Shown: positions 27,795-36,798 of the stretch, one piece after another
How positions within the stretch are numbered: position 1 is the first letter of the stretch
Layout of the letters: the number at the start of each line of letters is the position of its first letter
Assembly: GCA_964409385.1 (NCBI GenBank)
Contig: CAYPCY010000005.1
Location: forward strand, 1 to 37,754
DNA from: an uncultured Methanosarcinales archaeon
GTDB taxonomy: Archaea > Nanobdellota > Nanobdellia > Woesearchaeales > CAYPCY01
Direction of reading: 5' to 3'
Length of the DNA stretch: 37,754 nucleotides
Notes under the pieces: generated by a model
Database searches by the model: none
Seen by the model: only the letters and a program-made list of their open reading frames with translations
Told to the model about the DNA's origin: nothing
Made by a program: the position numbers and the translations under genes

Positions 27795-28058
27795 ATGTTA
27801 ACAGAATTAATTTCAAAGGATTCGTTGGAAGAGTTAACTAGTGAGTTTGAACATTTTCACATTCAACTACTCCCAATGTATAATGGGTATACTCTTAAAG
27901 AAACTATTCAGAATAATAATGGCGTAACTATGAATAAAATAATTGGAAATATCTCCAGAATAGACGATAAAAGTTACATTCTAAAAATTTTTGAAGAACC
28001 ACATTACGATCCAAAACACATTTTTGAAAGAGTAATGAACACTTATTTCCTAGGGTAA
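27795..28058 (+). CDS. Hypothetical protein
   Basis: 87-aa ORF filling the gap; TTTATAAA upstream. Confidence 0.5.
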   Translation: MLTELISKDSLEELTSEFEHFHIQLLPMYNGYTLKETIQNNNGVTMNKIIGNISRIDDKSYILKIFEEPHYDPKHIFERVMNTYFLG

Positions 28059-28090
28059 ATTTTTTAAAGTTCTTTCTTACTTGTATTGCC

Positions 28091-29434
28091 ATGGTTAAGG
28101 TTGGTTTAGAAATTCATACTTATTTAGAGATTCCTAATAATACTAAATTATTTTGTAATTGTAAACTAAATGAAATAATTCCTAACAGGGCTACTTGTCC
28201 TGTTTGTACAGGCCAACCAGGAAGTAAACCAATGCTTCCAAACGAGGAAGCCCTAAATGCAATTCTTAGAATTTCATTAATGTTAAATTGTAAGATTAAC
28301 AAGAAATTAATGTTTCAAAGAAAGCATTATTCCTGGCCAGACCTTCCAATGGGTTTTCAAAAGACAATGTCAGGAACTTATTCAAGTCCTGTAGCAATAA
28401 AAGGAAAATTTCTAGGTATTGGAATACAACAAGTTCATTTAGAAGAAGATCCTGCAAGGTGGGATCCTTTAACTGGAAAGGTGGATTATAATAGGAGTGG
28501 ATTTCCACTTGCTGAAATAGTTACTGATCCAGATTTTAAATCTTCAGAAGAAGTAGATTCTTGGATTAAAAACTTAATAACAACATTGTCATACATAAAT
28601 GCAGTAAATAAGAAAGCAGGAATTAAAGTTGATGTTAATGTTTCCATCCCCCCAAAATTTCAAAGGGTTGAAATAAAAAATATTAATTCATTCACTTCAA
28701 TAATTAATGCAATAAATTATGAAGAAAAAAGACAAGAAAAAGAAGAAGTAAAGCAAGAAACTAGAGCGTGGGATGCTGAAGAAAACGAAACAGTATTTAT
28801 GAGAAGTAAAGAAGGAGATTTAGATTACATGTTCATTCCAGAACCAGACCTTCCACAAATACAAATAAATAATGCTAATTTAGAAAAATTAAAGAAACAA
28901 ATTCCAGAAAGTCCAAACAAAAAATTAAAGAAATTCTTAAAATTAAAAGTTGATAAAACAAATGCTAAAGTAATCAGTAATTCATTACCACTAGCAGAAT
29001 TATACGAGCAAGTTGTTAAGAAAATAGATCCTAAATTAGCCAGTAATTGGTTCAGGAGAGATATTATAGAAGCATGCAATAATAAAGACTTGGACTTTGA
29101 TGATATTAAAGCAAGACCAAAAAACATAATTGAATTAATACAATTAGTAAAAGAAAACAAATTAAATCAGTCAACAGCAAAAAAAATATTAGAAAAACTA
29201 GTAAAGAAAGATTTCAACATTAAAGAATACGTAAAAAAGAATAACTTAGAATCATTAACTGATGATTTAAACAAATACTGTAAAGAAGCGATTAAAGAAT
29301 CAGAACAAGCAGTAAAAGAATATAAGTCAGGACAAAAAAAAGCAATTAATTCAATAGTTGGAAAGGTAATGAAAAAGACAAAGGGAAAGGCAAATCCAGG
29401 ATTAGTTAAAAAAACAATAGAGAAGTTATTATGA
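28091..29434 (+). CDS. gatB: Asp/Glu-tRNA amidotransferase subunit B
   Basis: GLEIH, CPVCTGQPG, HLEED, DYNRSG.PL.EIVT, VEIKN, QETR, PEPDLP. Confidence 0.95.
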   Translation: MVKVGLEIHTYLEIPNNTKLFCNCKLNEIIPNRATCPVCTGQPGSKPMLPNEEALNAILRISLMLNCKINKKLMFQRKHYSWPDLPMGFQKTMSGTYSSPVAIKGKFLGIGIQQVHLEEDPARWDPLTGKVDYNRSGFPLAEIVTDPDFKSSEEVDSWIKNLITTLSYINAVNKKAGIKVDVNVSIPPKFQRVEIKNINSFTSIINAINYEEKRQEKEEVKQETRAWDAEENETVFMRSKEGDLDYMFIPEPDLPQIQINNANLEKLKKQIPESPNKKLKKFLKLKVDKTNAKVISNSLPLAELYEQVVKKIDPKLASNWFRRDIIEACNNKDLDFDDIKARPKNIIELIQLVKENKLNQSTAKKILEKLVKKDFNIKEYVKKNNLESLTDDLNKYCKEAIKESEQAVKEYKSGQKKAINSIVGKVMKKTKGKANPGLVKKTIEKLL

Positions 29435-29637
29435 CTGTAAAAGAAGCAAAGAAAATAATGGATTTATTCATGAAAGAACTTTCTAGAGTAAAATCTAAAG
29501 AAGACTTTTCAATAGTGAGAAATAAACAAACAAGAAAAGGAAAGCCAAAAACAAATGAGAAGTTCAAAGAACGAATATTAGAAAATGCACCTTCAAAAGA
29601 TGATGATTTTATAATAGCCGAAAAGAAACATTGGTAA
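29431..29637 (+). CDS. gatC: Amidotransferase subunit C (short archaeal type)
   Basis: Lies between gatB and gatA; ENAP...FIIAEK..W terminus. Confidence 0.75.
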   Translation: MTVKEAKKIMDLFMKELSRVKSKEDFSIVRNKQTRKGKPKTNEKFKERILENAPSKDDDFIIAEKKHW

Positions 29638-29638
29638 A

Positions 29639-30925
29639 ATGATAAATAAAGTTAAAAAACAATTAGAACTGATAAAAAAGGAAAATCCTAACTTAAATGC
29701 TATTCTAGAATTAAATCCTAACGTGTTAAAAGAAGCTAAAGAAATAGAAAAAAAAATAAAACAGAAGAAGGCAGGAAAACTGGCTGGATTGACTTGTGTT
29801 ATTAAGGCAAATATTAATGTTATTGGAATGAATATTAATTGTGGAAGTAAAACTTTAGAAGATTATAATGGAACTTTTGATGCTGATGTTATTACTAAAT
29901 TAAAAAAGGAGGATGCTTTAATTCTTGGAATGGCAAATTTGGATGAGTTCGCATGCGGCTCTAGTGGAGAAACTAGTTTTTTCGGACCAACAATAAACCC
30001 TGTTGCAAAAGGTTTCATTCCGGGAGGAAGTAGTAGTGGTTCTGCCGTTGCTGTAGCCGCTGGATTTTGCGATTTTGCACTCGGTTCTGATACTGGAGGA
30101 AGTATAAGAAATCCTGCTTCTCACTGTGGAATTTTAGGATTAAAACCGACTTATGGAAGAGTTTCAAGATTTGGACTAGTTGATCTTAGTATGAGTCTTG
30201 ATCAGATAGGACCATTAACTAATGATATTAAGATTTTAAAAAAAGTTTATTCTGTAATCTCTGGCTATTCAGAGAATGACCCTACAACTTTTGAAAAACA
30301 AGTAAGAAAAAAACCAATTAAAAAATTAAGAATAGGAATTAGTAAGGATTTTGAAAAATTATGTGATAAAAAAATATATAAAAAAATCAAAGAGAAAGCA
30401 TTAGAATTTGCAAAAAAGACAAATTCTAAGATTGTTGAAGTTTCATTAAAACATTTAAGTTTAGCAGTGGCTACTTATTATCCTATAGTTTATACTGAAT
30501 TCTTTTCAGGAACTAGAAAGTTTGATGGTAGAAGATTCGGATTAAGAATTGAAGAATCTTGTGGTGAGGAAGTATTAAGAAGAATTCAAGGAGGAAAAGA
30601 AATCTCACGATCAGAATTTGAAGGTAAATTTTATAGGAAGGCATTAGCAGTGAAGAAACTAATAAAAGAAGATTTTGATAATGCATTTAAGAAATGTGAT
30701 ATTATTATAAGTCCAGTAACTCCTAAATTACCTCACAAGCTAGGAGAGAAAATTTCTACTCTTGACATGTATGCTTATGATGCTTTTACAGGTCCTGCAA
30801 ATCTTGCTGGAATTACTGGAATTGTGGTTCCTTTAACTAAAATTAATAATTTACCAGTAGGAATTCAAGTTTTAGCAAACTCTTTCCAGGAAGAATTATT
30901 GTTTAATGTTGTTGAAAAGCTTTAA
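29639..30925 (+). CDS. gatA: Amidotransferase subunit A
   Basis: NLDEFACGSS, PGGSSSGSA, GSDTGGSIRNPA, GLKPTYG. Confidence 0.95.
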   Translation: MINKVKKQLELIKKENPNLNAILELNPNVLKEAKEIEKKIKQKKAGKLAGLTCVIKANINVIGMNINCGSKTLEDYNGTFDADVITKLKKEDALILGMANLDEFACGSSGETSFFGPTINPVAKGFIPGGSSSGSAVAVAAGFCDFALGSDTGGSIRNPASHCGILGLKPTYGRVSRFGLVDLSMSLDQIGPLTNDIKILKKVYSVISGYSENDPTTFEKQVRKKPIKKLRIGISKDFEKLCDKKIYKKIKEKALEFAKKTNSKIVEVSLKHLSLAVATYYPIVYTEFFSGTRKFDGRRFGLRIEESCGEEVLRRIQGGKEISRSEFEGKFYRKALAVKKLIKEDFDNAFKKCDIIISPVTPKLPHKLGEKISTLDMYAYDAFTGPANLAGITGIVVPLTKINNLPVGIQVLANSFQEELLFNVVEKL

Positions 30926-30951
30926 ATATTCTTTGAGATTCAATACTTAAT

Positions 30952-32700
30952 ATGTTAAGAAGTCATACTTGTGGAGACTTAAGAAAAAAAGATGTTACTA
31001 AGAAGGTAACTCTGGCAGGATGGGTTCATTCTAGAAGGGATCATGGAGGAGTTATTTTTATAGACTTAAGAGATCGTTATGGCTTAACCCAGATTGTTTT
31101 TGACTCTTCCCACAAGAAAAACATTCTAAAAAGTGCGGATAGTTTAAGAAGAGAATTTGTTATTCAAGTTTCTGGTGTTGTTAAGCGAAGAAAGCAGGGA
31201 ATGATTAATAAAAAGATTGATTCTGGTGAGATTGAAGTTTTTGCGGATGAACTTAAAATATTAAATAAGTCGTTAACTCCACCTATTGAAATTTCTGAAA
31301 GGGCTGATTCTGGAGAGGATGTAAGACTAAAATATAGGTATGTTGATATTAGAAGGGAAGAATTAAAGAATAATTTTATTTTAAGACATAATGTAATTAA
31401 GGATATTAGGGATTTTTTTGATTCTCAAGGATTTCTAGAGATTGAAACTCCAATACTTGGAAAATCAACCCCTGAAGGTGCCAGGGATTTTATTGTGCCT
31501 TCAAGGATTAAGAAGGGAGAGTTTTATGCACTTCCACAAAGTCCTCAAATTTTCAAGCAATTACTAATGCTTTCAGGATTTGATAAGTATGTTCAGATTG
31601 TTAAGTGTTTTAGGGATGAAGATTTAAGGGCTGATAGACAACCAGAATTTACTCAGGTTGATGTTGAAATGAGTTTTGTAGAAGAAAAAGATATTATTAA
31701 TATTATGGAACAACTAATGAAATATGTTCTTAAAAAGCAAAATATCAAAGTAAAAACTCCTTTTAAAAGATTAACGCATAAGGAGGCAATGGAAAAATAC
31801 GGTTCTGACAAGCCCGACTTAAGATTCGGAATGGAATTAATGGATGTTTCTAACATTGTAAAAAAATCAAAATTTACTGTTTTCAAGTCAGTCTTAGACA
31901 AGGGCGGAAGAGTAAAATGTATTAAGGCGAATAATGATTTTTCAAGAAAAAACATTGACAAACTAATAGAATTTGTTAAGATTTATGATGCTAAAGGACT
32001 TGCATGGATGAAATATGATGGAAAATTAGAGAGTTCAATAGTTAAGTTCTTTCCTGAAAAAGTATTAAAAGAAATCGCTAAAAGAACAAGAGTAAAAAAA
32101 GGAGATTATTTGTTCTTTGTTGCAGATAGAAAACATCATATTGTGGATGTTGCACTAGGACAGTTAAGACTAAAACTAGCTAAAGAATTAAAATTAATAA
32201 AAAAAGAATGGAATTTCTTATGGGTTGTTGATTTTCCTTTAGTAGAATATGACGAGTTAGAAAAAAGACATATATCAATACATCATCCATTTACTAAACC
32301 TAAAGAAAAACATATTAAATTTTTGGATAAGGATCCTGGAAAAGTACTTTCTGACGCTTATGATCTTGTTCTTAATGGTGTGGAATTGGGTGGTGGGAGT
32401 ATTAGGATTCACAAGTCTGAATTACAAAGCAAAATTTTCAAAACCTTAGGTATTTCAAAAAAAGAAGCAGATTCTAAATTTGGTTTTTTGCTAGAAGCGT
32501 TCAAGTATGGAACTCCTCCTCACGGGGGTATTGCTTTAGGTCTTGATAGGTTTATAATGTTACTTTCTGAATCGTCTAGTTTAAGAGATGTTATCGCATT
32601 CCCTAAAACCAAGAGTGGTGATGACTTAATGATGAATTCACCTTCAGAAGTTTCTCAAGAACAACTAAAAGACGTAGGGATTAATGTTAAAAAGAAGTAA
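30952..32700 (+). CDS. aspS: Bacterial-type aspartyl-tRNA synthetase with GAD insert, probably non-discriminating
   Basis: 582 aa; MLRSHTCG, RRDHGG.IFIDLRD, TPEGARD, LPQSPQ, FRDEDLRADRQPEF, HHPFT, PPHGGIALGLDR. Confidence 0.95.
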   Translation: MLRSHTCGDLRKKDVTKKVTLAGWVHSRRDHGGVIFIDLRDRYGLTQIVFDSSHKKNILKSADSLRREFVIQVSGVVKRRKQGMINKKIDSGEIEVFADELKILNKSLTPPIEISERADSGEDVRLKYRYVDIRREELKNNFILRHNVIKDIRDFFDSQGFLEIETPILGKSTPEGARDFIVPSRIKKGEFYALPQSPQIFKQLLMLSGFDKYVQIVKCFRDEDLRADRQPEFTQVDVEMSFVEEKDIINIMEQLMKYVLKKQNIKVKTPFKRLTHKEAMEKYGSDKPDLRFGMELMDVSNIVKKSKFTVFKSVLDKGGRVKCIKANNDFSRKNIDKLIEFVKIYDAKGLAWMKYDGKLESSIVKFFPEKVLKEIAKRTRVKKGDYLFFVADRKHHIVDVALGQLRLKLAKELKLIKKEWNFLWVVDFPLVEYDELEKRHISIHHPFTKPKEKHIKFLDKDPGKVLSDAYDLVLNGVELGGGSIRIHKSELQSKIFKTLGISKKEADSKFGFLLEAFKYGTPPHGGIALGLDRFIMLLSESSSLRDVIAFPKTKSGDDLMMNSPSEVSQEQLKDVGINVKKK

Positions 32701-32715
32701 AGCTTTCTTTTTGTT

Positions 32716-33648
32716 ATGAGATCCGAAAGAATAACGTTACTTCCTGAATTTACTGGCTTGAATGAGGAAAATGCTGATAATTATTATCTTGCAGAAAGTT
32801 ATGTTTCTAAATTAAATGATTTGATCATTAAGGATTTTGAATCTAATTTAAAAGCTTTAACAGAATTTAATAATGATTTTCTTCCTGAAAAAGAAGAGGG
32901 GCTTGTTGAGAAACTGGGAGATTATAAATTTACAATTATTAGCAATAAAAAAACGAAAAAACCAAAGTCATCAGACATTTTTAACAATTTTAGAAATTAC
33001 TTAATTGTTTTGAGGAATAAATCAACTAATAAAATCAAGCAAGAAGGAATTATAAAAATAAAGGAGGAACCATATACTAGTATTGAAAATTTAGTTAATG
33101 AATTTTCAAATATTAAAAAGGAAGCTGCTGGATTTTCACTTTCACAACCAATAACTTATGATGGGCCTTCTAATTTTCATGATGTTTTAATGCTTCCAAG
33201 AAGGGATATTCTTCTAAATTCTACCACTGCAGCATTATATGTTCATGCTAAGTATTTTGCAGGAAAACTATCAAGTGTTGTTAAAGATTTCGAAACTGCT
33301 TTAAAGGAAGAGACGGGATATGATAAAAATAATGTTCCTGAAAAAACAACTAGCGTTTGGAATCAAATTGGAAAGCATGATTTTCTTGTAAAAGTTATAA
33401 GAAGAGAATCAGTAAAGTACGCTTCAATTTTCAAAACACTTTATCATGAGACTAAAACAAAAACTTCAGGAGATTTTGCAGAATTGCCTGATTGTGAAGA
33501 TTCAATTCTTGAATATTACAAGCCTGTTAAAAGATCAGATAATATTCTAGTTTCAATTCCTGGAACTATTTCAAGACTTAATGATCTTAAGCGAGAAAGC
33601 ATCACTGTACATACAAAAAAGGGAATCAAACATTATCCTGTTGTTTAG
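32716..33648 (+). CDS. Hypothetical protein with internal duplication
   Basis: 310-aa ORF; two similar halves (KL..IIKDFESNLK / KL..VVKDFETALK). Confidence 0.7.
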   Translation: MRSERITLLPEFTGLNEENADNYYLAESYVSKLNDLIIKDFESNLKALTEFNNDFLPEKEEGLVEKLGDYKFTIISNKKTKKPKSSDIFNNFRNYLIVLRNKSTNKIKQEGIIKIKEEPYTSIENLVNEFSNIKKEAAGFSLSQPITYDGPSNFHDVLMLPRRDILLNSTTAALYVHAKYFAGKLSSVVKDFETALKEETGYDKNNVPEKTTSVWNQIGKHDFLVKVIRRESVKYASIFKTLYHETKTKTSGDFAELPDCEDSILEYYKPVKRSDNILVSIPGTISRLNDLKRESITVHTKKGIKHYPVV

Positions 33649-33660
33649 TTAGCCAGATAA

Positions 33661-33704
33661 CAAAATCAGTTGATTTTGAACTTTAAAATTCTCAAAGAAT
33701 TTTA
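33661..33704. repeat. Twin-hairpin element between convergent genes
   Basis: CAAAATC-agtt-GATTTTG, then aactt, then TAAAATTC-tcaaa-GAATTTTA. Confidence 0.7.
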
Positions 33705-33935
33705 TAAGTTACAATATAAGAATCTAGCATTAATACAATTCTTCACTCTGGTTTCTTCTAGTAAATCATTACATATGCTAGCATGTTGTTCTATTGCCGT
33801 TTTTGTACATTCTGGATCTTTATGTCCTGGAAAGTATTCTTCAGTTGTTTTTCCAGTAATTTCAGGACTGAATAATGCTCCTAATACTATTATTATTCCG
33901 AATGTTATTGCCGCAAGGGTATATTTCATTTGCAA
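33702..33935 (-). CDS. Small membrane-anchored 4-Cys protein
   Basis: N-terminal TM followed by ITG; four Cys. Confidence 0.6.
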   Translation of the reverse strand: MQMKYTLAAITFGIIIVLGALFSPEITGKTTEEYFPGHKDPECTKTAIEQHASICNDLLEETRVKNCINARFLYCNL

Positions 33936-34153
33936 ACCTCTCTTGTCTTAACACATTTGGAGATTGAATCTCTTATTATATTGCCGTCAATCTCATATTC
34001 GAACTCTTGAGTTTCATAATGTTCACAAATTTCTGTCTTTACACAGGTTCCTGCAACACTTCCTGTTGGTGTGGGTTGTGAAATTATTGCTATTAAGAAC
34101 AAGCTAATTATTAATCCTGAAACTTTAAGAAGATTCTTATGTTCTGTTTTCAT
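33926..34153 (-). CDS. Small membrane-anchored 4-Cys protein
   Basis: N-terminal TM followed by PTG; four Cys; TTTATA upstream. Confidence 0.6.
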   Translation of the reverse strand: MKTEHKNLLKVSGLIISLFLIAIISQPTPTGSVAGTCVKTEICEHYETQEFEYEIDGNIIRDSISKCVKTREVCK

Positions 34154-34220
34154 ATTCTCTTTATAAAAATTTAGGTATATAAAGCTTTCTTAGAAGAGAA
34201 ATAAAGAGAGTATAAAATAA

Positions 34221-34574
34221 TTATCTTATTGGTTGGTAAATGTTTAGTGAGTATCCTTTAAGATTTTCTTCAATGTATGTTTTAAAAAGTTTTTTTGTTG
34301 TGTCAACTTCGAATTTCCCGTATTTTTCGCTTTTTCCTCCAATAGTTAATTTATTATAAGATATTTTTATGCTGCCACCTCCAACTGGAGAAACTTCCTC
34401 AGACAATGCATGTTTTAGCTTGAAATTTTCCACTAATTGACAATGATAACCAACATTCCTTCCATAAATATAGTTTTTATCCCCTATTCTTAACTGAACA
34501 AATTTATATCCTAAATTATTTTCAAGGTCGATATCAACTTCTGGAATTTTAATTAATTCTTCTAAATCATTCAT
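34221..34574 (-). CDS. Janus/Ocnus (PHPT1-like) phosphohistidine phosphatase homolog
   Basis: IPEVDID, YKFV, GYH, VGGGSI and GKSEKYG occur in the same order as recalled PHPT1 motifs. Start ATG 34574 (or TTG 34592). Confidence 0.7.
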   Translation of the reverse strand: MNDLEELIKIPEVDIDLENNLGYKFVQLRIGDKNYIYGRNVGYHCQLVENFKLKHALSEEVSPVGGGSIKISYNKLTIGGKSEKYGKFEVDTTKKLFKTYIEENLKGYSLNIYQPIR

Positions 34575-34614
34575 AAAATAAGGAATATTCAATAATTTTT
34601 AAACTTGACTGATT

Positions 34615-34788
34615 TTAACCTAAATATAAATTTGCTGGTGCGCCTGATGATCCATTTCCTGATTCAGGATCTTCTGGTTTATAATCATCCAGTCTATATC
34701 CTGATTTATATTTTTTGTATGGTTCTTTTTGTACAGGATAGTATATTTGTGCAGGTTTTGTTTTGTTTATTAGTTCTTCTAATTTCAT
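34615..34788 (-). CDS. Small hypothetical protein (57 aa, absent from the ORF track)
   Basis: MKLEELINKTKPAQIYYPVQKEPYKKYKSGYRLDDYKPEDPESGNGSSGAPANLYLG; ATGA overlap with the methyltransferase stop. Confidence 0.5.
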   Translation of the reverse strand: MKLEELINKTKPAQIYYPVQKEPYKKYKSGYRLDDYKPEDPESGNGSSGAPANLYLG

Positions 34789-35585
34789 CTTCCTAATGTT
34801 ATTGTTAGTTTATCTTCAAGATCTAATTTGTAATTGGTCAAGGTTGTATATCCTATTTTACTTAATGATTCTAAGCTTATGTTTAGGATATTTTTTCTTA
34901 ATACTACATCTTTCTCTTCAATTTGTTCCCATTCTTTCTTAATTTGAGAAATTGTTTTTTTAGAAGTTATTAATTCTTCAATATTTTGTAAGTATTCTTC
35001 TTCACTTCTTCTTATGTAGTCTATTTGGTGTATGCTTATTCCTTTTTCTTTCATTCTAGAATAGGCTTGTTTCATAATATCATGAGCATAATCTTTGGTT
35101 ACGCTAATACTTAGAAAATCTCTGCTTAGTATAATATCATAATTTTCTTTTGTTAATTTAGTTAATTCTCTCGCATCTCCATAAATGATGTTTAGTTCAG
35201 AACTTGTTTTTTTCTTTAAGTCTTCATTGATTTCTATTCCTGTAACTTCAGCGCCTAATTGTTTTAGTGAGTGTAGAAAAAATCCAGGTCCACAGCCTAA
35301 TTCTAGAATTTTCTTATTTTTTAATACCTTTCTTGCTTTCTCTTCTAGGTGTGTAATCGTTTCTTCTCCATTAATATTTGTTATATGTCTTAGCAAGTGA
35401 TAAAATAATGAAACACACGTTTTTGCATTTCCATAATCATAATTTTCTATTATTGTTGTTGTTTGATTATTTAAGGGTATTTGACTTATTAGTGTGTAGT
35501 TGGATTCGAAAAAGTAATTTTCTGAGAATAAATGGAATAGTTTATTTTGGGTATTTTCTTGTATTAAATGTTGATAATTGGTCAA
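34785..35585 (-). CDS. Class I SAM-dependent methyltransferase (start uncertain; frame open to 35855)
   Basis: KILELGCGPG, VTGIEI, IYGDA, YDIILS. Confidence 0.8.
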   Translation of the reverse strand: MTNYQHLIQENTQNKLFHLFSENYFFESNYTLISQIPLNNQTTTIIENYDYGNAKTCVSLFYHLLRHITNINGEETITHLEEKARKVLKNKKILELGCGPGFFLHSLKQLGAEVTGIEINEDLKKKTSSELNIIYGDARELTKLTKENYDIILSRDFLSISVTKDYAHDIMKQAYSRMKEKGISIHQIDYIRRSEEEYLQNIEELITSKKTISQIKKEWEQIEEKDVVLRKNILNISLESLSKIGYTTLTNYKLDLEDKLTITLGR

Positions 35586-35921
35586 GCCAATATGTTTTAC
35601 TTTACTAGCTAATTTTTTATCTTTTATTTTTTTAAGAACTTTATTATCTATATTTATTCCATTATGATATAATTTTAATTCTTCAAATATTTCTTCTTTT
35701 TTCTCCCAATTTAATTGTATTGCTTTTTTCGATTTATTATAATATTGTAAATATCCTGTCCTAAGTAAAAAATTAATGGTTCTTTCAACATCTTTTAATT
35801 TATCTTTTGGAAAGCCACAATGTTTTAATTTAGCATATCTGATATGATTTGACTTCTAAAGCCTTAATGAAACCATTCTAGATAATAAAGTAGCTACTAT
35901 TTTATTATATATTTCTCTCAT
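35586..35921 (-). pseudogene. wHTH-like coding segment with in-frame TAG at codon 22, continuous in frame with the methyltransferase
   Basis: ATG 35921: MREIYNKIVATLLSRMVSLRL*KSNHIRYAKLKHCGFPKDKLKDVERTINFLLRTGYLQYYNKSKKAIQLNWEKKEEI...; TAG at 35856-35858. Confidence 0.6.
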
Positions 35922-36033
35922 AAAATCTCTAAAGAAAAGATACTAATAAGTGTTTAATAGAATTTAACAACAACCCTCCGAAACTTCCGTTAGTTTTTTA
36001 TACTAACCCCTTTTCCTTTTCACAAGGGTTAAG

Positions 36034-36798
36034 ATGAGAAAGATTTGTATAATAAACCAAAAAGGTGGTGTTGCTAAAACAACAACAGCATTAAATCTTG
36101 CAGCAGGCCTATCAAGAAATGAAAGAAACATATTGTTAATAGACTTAGATCCTCAAAGCAATATAGAACTTTCAATGAATCTAGAAAATAGTAATACAGT
36201 CTATGATTTCATTTTTCAAGATATACCATTACAAGAGTGTATTAACAAAGTAGCAAAAAATTTAGACATAGTAAAAGGAGATAATAGAATATTAAGAGTT
36301 GATGATATTGTAAGAAATAAAGAACTTGTAGAAAAGGCTAATGAAAGTCTAAAAACAATAAATAATTACGACTACATAATTTTTGACTGTGGCCCTTCAA
36401 TGAATGCAATCAACAGATTCATCTTATTATATTGTGAAGAAGCAATAATACCAACTTCCTGTGATTATTTAGGTTTTGAAAGCCTAACTAAAACAATGCT
36501 TTACTTAGAAGAATTTTCAGACTTTAACGAACACCAAGTTAAAATCACAAAAGTAGTCCCAACATTATACGATAAAAGAAATAAAATCTGCAACATTAGT
36601 CTAGAAAGTATTAACAACGAATTCTACCAATTAATATCCCAACCTATAAGAATAAATTCTAAATTAAAAGAAGCTCCAAAAAACAAAAGATCAATATTTG
36701 CTTACGCTCCAAAATCTTCAGGTGCGCAAGACTACTTAGCATTAGTACAGTCTGTATTATGTGATGAAAGAACAGAAAAAATAATTTTAGAAACCTAA
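36034..36798 (+). CDS. parA: ParA/Soj-family ATPase
   Basis: NQKGGVAKTTT, LIDLDPQ, DYIIFDCGP, TLYDKR, LKEAP. Confidence 0.9.
   Translation: MRKICIINQKGGVAKTTTALNLAAGLSRNERNILLIDLDPQSNIELSMNLENSNTVYDFIFQDIPLQECINKVAKNLDIVKGDNRILRVDDIVRNKELVEKANESLKTINNYDYIIFDCGPSMNAINRFILLYCEEAIIPTSCDYLGFESLTKTMLYLEEFSDFNEHQVKITKVVPTLYDKRNKICNISLESINNEFYQLISQPIRINSKLKEAPKNKRSIFAYAPKSSGAQDYLALVQSVLCDERTEKIILET

Noticed and set aside
33670..33951. Plus-strand 93-aa ORF
   Set aside because: Antisense to two coupled minus-strand genes with signal-like N-termini; starts inside a hairpin.
34605..34796. Plus-strand 63-aa ORF
   Set aside because: The minus-strand 57-aa ORF with ATGA coupling fits the local gene direction better.
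35856..35858. Pyrrolysine or genome-wide TAG recoding
   Set aside because: No pyl genes in the window, several genes end in TAG, and aRF1 motifs look canonical.
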